64,000 bases of DNA from Candidatus Saccharimonadales bacterium (GTDB taxonomy: Bacteria > Patescibacteriota > Saccharimonadia > Saccharimonadales > JBGSXW01): NCBI GenBank assembly GCA_041751215.1, contig JBGSXW010000002.1, positions 3,123 through 67,122 of the forward strand, given 5' to 3'. The position numbers and the translations under genes are program-made. Under the pieces are notes generated by a model that worked only from the letters and a program-made list of their open reading frames with translations, was not told the DNA's origin and did no database searches. Shown piece after piece: positions 58,300 to 64,000 of the stretch. Positions within the stretch are counted from its first letter, which is position 1; each line of letters starts with the position of its first letter.

Positions 58300-59010
58300 A
58301 TGAAAAGCATCGATGATCGACCCAACTCAATATTAGTAGTTGTCGCCCACCCTGATGACGCAGACTTTATATGTGGCGGTACGATTGCGCTTTGGGCCGA
58401 GCAAGGGTCTGAGATTAACCTACTGGTCTGTACTGATGGCTCAGTTGGGGGTCATGACGAGAACCTGACGGCGCAAGAACTTGAGGAAACACGCAAGCAA
58501 GAGCAGCGCGAGGCGGCTGATCTGCTTGGCATCAAGAATGTTCATCACTTAAGTTTTCCTGACGGCGGACTCGAGGCTAACCGAGACCTTAAACTACAAG
58601 TCACTCAAAAGATTCGCGAACTCCAGCCCGATCTCGTCATTACGTTTGATCCAACTTTTTTCTATTCCTCAGAACTTAACTATGTAAACCACGCCGACCA
58701 CCGAGCGGTTGGGGAAGCTACTTTTGACTGCGTCTATCCCCTCGCCCGCGACAAACGAAGTTTTCCTGAACTCGCCCTTGAACCTCACAAGGTCAAGATA
58801 CTTTTAATGTTTAATCCAAGTAACGCCAGTTGTTTTGTGGATATTGAAGCTAAAACTGACTCTAAGTGCCAAGCACTGCTCTCCCATGCTAGTCAGTTTA
58901 AGGATGAAGCTGCGATTAAAGCCATGGTTGAGAGGTTCGCAAAATACGACGGCGCCAAAGCTGGCTGCAATAGCGCCGAATGTTTTGTGAGGTTAGACCT
59001 CCCAGCGTAG
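58300..59010 (+). CDS. PIG-L/LmbE-family deacetylase
   Basis: Start taken at Met37 of track ORF 58192..59010. Contains ILVVVAHPDDADF and NHADH. Confidence 0.85.
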   Translation: MKSIDDRPNSILVVVAHPDDADFICGGTIALWAEQGSEINLLVCTDGSVGGHDENLTAQELEETRKQEQREAADLLGIKNVHHLSFPDGGLEANRDLKLQVTQKIRELQPDLVITFDPTFFYSSELNYVNHADHRAVGEATFDCVYPLARDKRSFPELALEPHKVKILLMFNPSNASCFVDIEAKTDSKCQALLSHASQFKDEAAIKAMVERFAKYDGAKAGCNSAECFVRLDLPA

Positions 59011-59157
59011 TTTCATTCTGCCCTTCTCGTGTTCTTTCTGGCTGCAAACAGCCAGCAACTCGTCGTCGTATCTTTCAGATATGCCTCCTTGTTGATGGCC
59101 GCTTTCGCTCAGAAATCTTCACGAGCATGGCTTAGAAGCAAACTTCGCCGGAAGGTC

Positions 59158-62100
59158 TTAAATCTTCCCGCTTAGCAAGTCGTCCTCGAACTGAAGAATT
59201 CCTTCGCCGTCGGGGCTATAGCCATCTACTGAAGGAAACTTGAGTTCGGTAATACATCTCCAGACAGCCGCAACCAGTTTTTCCATGCGTTCAATCTCGT
59301 CGGGTGTTGGACTGTATGTTTGAATAAACTTTGGTTCGCCGATTGATTCAAGATAGATCATCTGGCCTAATACCTCGTCAACCTTGTTGTACTGAGTAGA
59401 GTTCTTGAGCAGCATGGCGTAAAAGATTAACTGAGTGCGATGCGTCCAGCTTTTGACACCAGACTTTCCACTAGCAGTAAGATTTTGCGGGGCAGCGCCA
59501 GTTTTATAATCTACGATTACGGCTTTGTTAGTATCGATGTCGAGTCGATCGAAAGCACCATTAACGGTTGCTGGTCCAATTCGTAAATCTTTCACCACAA
59601 CCTCAGCTTGGCTGTTTTTTGGGATCACAAAAGCGGAATCTTTATCAAATAGTTTTTCCAGCAGTTGCCGGCCTTGCTGTGAGTAGCGCTCAAGCTCAGC
59701 GTTTGTTATGGCTTGGCCCTTTAAGGTTAGCTCAAACTGCTTTATGACTTCTGGTATCGCTAGTTTGTCCTCCGCAACTAGTTTCTGTGCAAACTGCAGG
59801 CTTCGGTGAATGGCCGACCCGTAGGCGGTGTGCGGTGTCTGCACTTCGGGTAGGCGCAGCAGAACCTTTTCCACGAAGTATTCTGGTCCACTCTCTGGGC
59901 GACTAAAGTCTAGGAACTTCAGGAGATGAGTTACGCTTAACGAATAGCTATCAAGCCGTGGCCGCAGTAAGTCGGATAGCTCAGTGTTTGAGAGCTCTGG
60001 CCAGCGCAGCGTTTGTTCTAAGATCTCTTGCGGCTGACCTAAACTTTCAGCTGGGAGTGTTTCTTCTGGCAAGGCCCCGCTAATTATCGGCGTTGCCATG
60101 ACTTCTTTGCCGGCAGCATCCTGGCTCCAGCTACCAACGATTATCGAGGATTTTGCTCGAGTTAACGCCACATACATTAGGCGGACATAGTCATCCCAAT
60201 CATCTAAGGCTGGGCGCAGCGGCAAGTTTGCTGGCGGTTTACGACCATTTTTTGCGGCCTGCCAGTGTGGTTCCACGGCATCGAGCACAATAACTGTATC
60301 GAATTCGAGGCCTTTGGCTTTGTGGATTGTCATAAGTTCAACAGGAGTGCCCTGGCCTTTAACAAACGGTGAATCGTTAGAGATTACCGCTTGATTTGCC
60401 TGTGAAGTTTCAATGAAGTCGACAAAGTCTGTCAGGCTCGGCTGAGCTTGATCGCTGAAAGTGCTTGTTAGTTCGCGCAATAAGCGAACTGCCGAAAGAG
60501 CTTCGATAAGTTCGTAGCTGGGCTGCTTATCGTTTGAATGAAAGCTGCGAAGCGGGCTGGTGAATCCTTCAAGCTCTCGCAGGCCGATCAAGTGCTCTAA
60601 GGCAACCGCCAAAGGTTCGCCCTCAATCGCTGGCACTAAACCGGTAAGCCAAGAGCCAATTTGCTGCAATGACGGCTCCTTGTGATCAAGCAGGCTATTT
60701 AGCCATTGTGGCTTGCGATTATTTTCTAGTGCTAGCTCCCACAGAGTAAGAGCCGGTATCTGCCACATTGGGTGCCTAAGGCTTCTATGCAGCAAGGCAT
60801 TAACTTGGTTGTTGTCGCCAGACCCAATAGCCTCTACTAATTTGGCTAGAATAATAAACTGGCTGGTTAGCGGGTGCTCCAGGGCATTTGATTCTTTTTC
60901 GTAGCGAATCGCTAGCTTTTTTTCTAGCAACAGTGCTGATAGTTGGCGCAGACTGGCGTGTTTACGCGCTAGTACCACGATTGATTCATCGGGCGCTGAG
61001 CGGCGTCGGGCTTCAATCAGATTTGCCATGTCGGAGTATTGATACGCCGGATCAGGGTACAGGCGGTGTTGAAGTTCTCCGGGCTTAACCTTGCTCTTAG
61101 CTAGCAGATCCTTAGAAAGCCCTTCCGTTTGGTTTACTAATCTAAAGTTAGCTCGAGTAATAACTTGAGCGGCCGCGTCTAGGACCGATTGATGAGAGCG
61201 ATAATTCTCTTTTAGCACCACAGTGGAAGTATCTCGATACTGACGGCGAAAGTTGAGCATGTTGTTGAGTTCGGCGCCTTGGAACTTGAAGATTGACTGA
61301 TCGTCGTCCCCTACCGCCATGATGTTGGGGCGACCTTCGGCGGTCGGATGATCTGCGACTAGGTGTGCCAATCTTAGCTGGGCTTCGTTGGTGTCTTGGA
61401 ATTCATCAATCATTACGTAGAGGAAACGCTCTTGCACATCAGCTCGCAGCTCGGAGTTTTGCGCAAGTTGGGTAATAACCTCGATGATCATGTCTGAGAA
61501 GTCATAATATCCACGCTCGTGCAGAGTTTGCCGATAAGTCTCATAGACATCAGACAGGGCTAGCCACCATTGGTTGCGCCGGCGTTCATCGAACATGCCT
61601 TTAGCGCCATTTTGGCTTTGTACCCAGCGCTTCTTCCAGACGCCTACGGCCGTTGTTTTACCGTCTTCGTGAGCCTGCCAATAAGCTTGTTCGAAGCTTT
61701 GCTTCAGGGAGACGTCATAGGGAGTAATTGGAAAGATGTCATCATCGATATTCTGAGCCGGCAGCTCCTGTATGGTTTCCAGTATGGTGTCGAGTCTTTT
61801 CATGCTCAGCGCTGGGGTTAGCAGCTCCTGAAGTGTAGGTTCGATTTGTTCAACGTAGTCTAGGTTGCAGGCGATGATCTGCCGTAATCGGGCCGGTGTT
61901 AGGCCGGCCTGCTTGGCTAAGCCTATGCTCTCAGCCACTTCTTTTACTAGCGTAAACTGGCCATTAAACTTTAAGGCCAGCGGATTATCTAGTGGCAGGC
62001 TACTTAAAACTTCTCCTACAATCTTGTACTGCAGGCCGTCGGGCATGCTACTTAACTGCGCGTTATTCCAGAAGTGCTCGGGGTACAAATCAATAATTTC

Positions 62101-62388
62101 GGCTCCAAAGCTATGGAAGGTTTTTATCTGAACGCCCTGACTCTCTGGCCCAATTAAGTCCAGAAGTCGTTCTCGCATATTAAGGGCGGCTTTGTTGGTA
62201 AAGGTTAGACAAAGGATGTTTTGCGGGGCCGTGTCGGTGTTTTGCAAGATGTAAGCGACCCGTAGGCTTAGCAGCTGAGTCTTGCCAGTTCCGGGCCCTG
62301 CGACCACTAGCAAAGGACCGTCAATCGTCTCAGCAGCCTGCCGCTGCTCAGGGTTGAGTTGGGATAAAGCCTTTTTGTAACTTTCCAT
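59158..62388 (-). CDS. UvrD/PcrA-family helicase fused to a C-terminal PD-(D/E)XK nuclease (AddA/AdnB-like)
   Basis: 1076 aa with VVAGPGTGKTQ, MIDEFQDTN and VGDDDQSIFKFQGA. The C-terminal DRLDID...IVDYKTG is the nuclease motif. Confidence 0.85.
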   Translation of the reverse strand: MESYKKALSQLNPEQRQAAETIDGPLLVVAGPGTGKTQLLSLRVAYILQNTDTAPQNILCLTFTNKAALNMRERLLDLIGPESQGVQIKTFHSFGAEIIDLYPEHFWNNAQLSSMPDGLQYKIVGEVLSSLPLDNPLALKFNGQFTLVKEVAESIGLAKQAGLTPARLRQIIACNLDYVEQIEPTLQELLTPALSMKRLDTILETIQELPAQNIDDDIFPITPYDVSLKQSFEQAYWQAHEDGKTTAVGVWKKRWVQSQNGAKGMFDERRRNQWWLALSDVYETYRQTLHERGYYDFSDMIIEVITQLAQNSELRADVQERFLYVMIDEFQDTNEAQLRLAHLVADHPTAEGRPNIMAVGDDDQSIFKFQGAELNNMLNFRRQYRDTSTVVLKENYRSHQSVLDAAAQVITRANFRLVNQTEGLSKDLLAKSKVKPGELQHRLYPDPAYQYSDMANLIEARRRSAPDESIVVLARKHASLRQLSALLLEKKLAIRYEKESNALEHPLTSQFIILAKLVEAIGSGDNNQVNALLHRSLRHPMWQIPALTLWELALENNRKPQWLNSLLDHKEPSLQQIGSWLTGLVPAIEGEPLAVALEHLIGLRELEGFTSPLRSFHSNDKQPSYELIEALSAVRLLRELTSTFSDQAQPSLTDFVDFIETSQANQAVISNDSPFVKGQGTPVELMTIHKAKGLEFDTVIVLDAVEPHWQAAKNGRKPPANLPLRPALDDWDDYVRLMYVALTRAKSSIIVGSWSQDAAGKEVMATPIISGALPEETLPAESLGQPQEILEQTLRWPELSNTELSDLLRPRLDSYSLSVTHLLKFLDFSRPESGPEYFVEKVLLRLPEVQTPHTAYGSAIHRSLQFAQKLVAEDKLAIPEVIKQFELTLKGQAITNAELERYSQQGRQLLEKLFDKDSAFVIPKNSQAEVVVKDLRIGPATVNGAFDRLDIDTNKAVIVDYKTGAAPQNLTASGKSGVKSWTHRTQLIFYAMLLKNSTQYNKVDEVLGQMIYLESIGEPKFIQTYSPTPDEIERMEKLVAAVWRCITELKFPSVDGYSPDGEGILQFEDDLLSGKI

Positions 62389-62476
62389 TACTAACAGTAT
62401 AACAAGTAGTTCATGTCAGTTTTTTGTATGATCGAAAAGATTGTAAGATAAAAGTATTGTTTAAGGAGTATCTCCG

Positions 62477-62956
62477 TTGAAACGTCTGCATAAATATTTA
62501 CATGCCTCAAGCGTGGTTCCCGCACTGCTTATTTTAACTGGGCTTGGGTTGATGTTTGCGGCTTATAGCGATAACTCAGTGACCCAGGCGGTAGATGCGC
62601 CCGGAGTTAATCAATCATCAGACGAGAGTATGCAAGACGAAACAGACAAGCCAGAGGGTGTTGTCGGCGCGGCTTATGTGACAGCGGTTGTTCAGCCTGG
62701 CGACTCACAAACTTTGATTGCTCGCAGAATTCTTAAAGAGTACTTAAGCACAGATCGGCAAAAGCTTAGTCCAGCAAAGCTGATCTACGTGGAGACTAGA
62801 ATGGTCGACCAGGTGAAGCGTATTGACCACATAGAACCTGGAGATTCAATAACATTTAACTTGAAGCAGACAGAAGAGTTTATAAAAGACTCAAAAGAAC
62901 TTAGTGCTGCCGCACTTCAAGTTTGGAGCGGCTACGCCCAGACAGTCATCTTTTAA
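62477..62956 (+). CDS. hypothetical secreted/membrane-anchored protein
   Basis: 159 aa with a TTG start and an N-terminal hydrophobic helix. Confidence 0.45.
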   Translation: MKRLHKYLHASSVVPALLILTGLGLMFAAYSDNSVTQAVDAPGVNQSSDESMQDETDKPEGVVGAAYVTAVVQPGDSQTLIARRILKEYLSTDRQKLSPAKLIYVETRMVDQVKRIDHIEPGDSITFNLKQTEEFIKDSKELSAAALQVWSGYAQTVIF

Positions 62957-63444
62957 TCGATTGATTTGTAGGCTACATGACAAGCACCGTAGCCATTTTT
63001 TCTGACAAAGTCTTGGTGATATTCTTCGGCCGAGTAAAACTCGCCAAGTTTCTCGAGCATGGTTACGATGGGTTTATCTTTAGGCTGTTTAGAGTTGAGC
63101 TGCTTAATCATGGCCCTGGCAGCTTCCTTTTGGTCGTCACTGGCATAAAAAATTGCGGATCTGTACTGAGACCCAGTGTCTGGACCTTGGCGCATGTACT
63201 GAGTTGCGTCGTGCATCTTAAAGAAGTGCTTAAGAAGAGTTTGGTATTTGACAATTTTTGGATCAAAAACGATTTTCAGGGCTTCGGCGTGATTAGTGCT
63301 TCCGGTGCAGACCGACTCGTAGGTGGGATTTTCGGTTAGCCCGCCGGTGTAGCCGACCTCGGTCTCTTTAACGCCCGGTATTTGGTTAAAGTAATCTTGA
63401 ACTCCCCAAAAGCATCCAGCCGCAAAGACAGCCGTCTCAGTCAC
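62953..63444 (-). CDS. msrA: peptide-methionine (S)-S-oxide reductase
   Basis: 163 aa with AAGCFWGVQ. Confidence 0.93.
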   Translation of the reverse strand: MTETAVFAAGCFWGVQDYFNQIPGVKETEVGYTGGLTENPTYESVCTGSTNHAEALKIVFDPKIVKYQTLLKHFFKMHDATQYMRQGPDTGSQYRSAIFYASDDQKEAARAMIKQLNSKQPKDKPIVTMLEKLGEFYSAEEYHQDFVRKNGYGACHVAYKSID

Positions 63445-63445
63445 T

Positions 63446-64000
63446 TTAAAAAGCTCCGGTCTTGATAACCCTTACCGCTACTCCATGTATCTGCAAAGCT
63501 TGAGTGTCTTGCTCGTCGAGAATAATCGGTGGCCGCGCTTCGGTTGATTCTGACATCAGGGCTACTAAATGAGCATTTTCGTCGCGCTTAAAGCGTTTAA
63601 TGTTGGCCAGCCCTTCAATGGAAGAAACCACGTAGTCGCCGTTCTTGGGCACTTCGACAGTTCCGTCGACGATAACGTAGTCGCCGTCACTGATTGATTG
63701 GCCACCGACTTGTGCGCAGTTCATAGACTCGCCTACGGCCTGCACGGCAAATAGTTTAGAGCTCTTTTTGGGCATCAAGGTTTTTGAAATAGTTAGAGAC
63801 TCAATATCGGCATCTTCGCTAATTGCTAATGCCTCGCCGCAGTTGGCGCGACCAAGTACCGGAATGTTAAACAAAGACTGCACTCCTACTGATTCGGCTG
63901 TAGAAAGTTGGCCCGAGGCAGTTCGCTTCAGATGACCGTCTTTAATTAGTTTTTGGAGGTGCCACTTAACTTGCTGAGGGTGGTCGACCCCGATCTTCTC
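63446..64000 (-). CDS. lexA: LexA-type repressor (S24 peptidase), 5' end beyond the window
   Basis: The C-terminal domain has VQAVGESM (Ser) and ANIKRF (Lys). The frame stays open upstream of the track Met to the window edge and reads a winged-helix-like ...VKWHLQKLIKDGHLKR. Confidence 0.8.
   Translation of the reverse strand, partial: EKIGVDHPQQVKWHLQKLIKDGHLKRTASGQLSTAESVGVQSLFNIPVLGRANCGEALAISEDADIESLTISKTLMPKKSSKLFAVQAVGESMNCAQVGGQSISDGDYVIVDGTVEVPKNGDYVVSSIEGLANIKRFKRDENAHLVALMSESTEARPPIILDEQDTQALQIHGVAVRVIKTGAF

Overview
Compact, gene-dense window with a moderate/low-GC backbone. The gene content includes an F1Fo ATP synthase operon, gltX, mreB, pyrH, xth, msrA, lexA, a sortase, PEGA and DUF3048-type proteins, a Gram-positive-style type IV secretion cluster and a DGR. 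This looks like the chromosome of an ultra-small CPR/Patescibacteria (Saccharibacteria-like) bacterium; that taxonomic call is inference only. (1) 1-14.5 kb is an accessory block with a large serine recombinase, a ParB-like protein, a complete diversity-generating retroelement (target gene with C-terminal VR, TR, antisense Avd-like gene, RT) and T4SS genes (VirD4-like, CHAP hydrolase, split VirB4, PrgI-like, VirB6-like, pilin-like). The DGR RT is split by an (AGTC)10 tetranucleotide tract placed so that loss of one unit restores the frame. This candidate phase-variable DGR is the item I consider most novel. (2) 15-21.7 kb looks like a Zur-type metal regulon marked by three copies of a 15-nt palindrome. 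(3) 21.8-29.5 kb is a mosaic accessory region with a PLD-type nuclease, orphan tail-fibre-like genes and strongly GC-rich, GC3-biased cassettes (four tandem small membrane proteins; a decayed pyrF plus a phosphoribosyltransferase). Two more single-gene GC-rich cassettes lie at 41.3-42.3 kb and 57.4-58.1 kb. (4) Unexplained non-coding features are two ~180-220-nt structured repeats in inverted orientation (29.3-29.5 kb and 43.1-43.4 kb) and a ~390-nt GC-rich, hairpin-rich element bounded by 14-nt perfect inverted repeats (46.70-47.09 kb). No rRNA and no CRISPR array were seen; there is one tRNA-Leu(CAA). All homology statements come from motif recognition by eye, not database searches.
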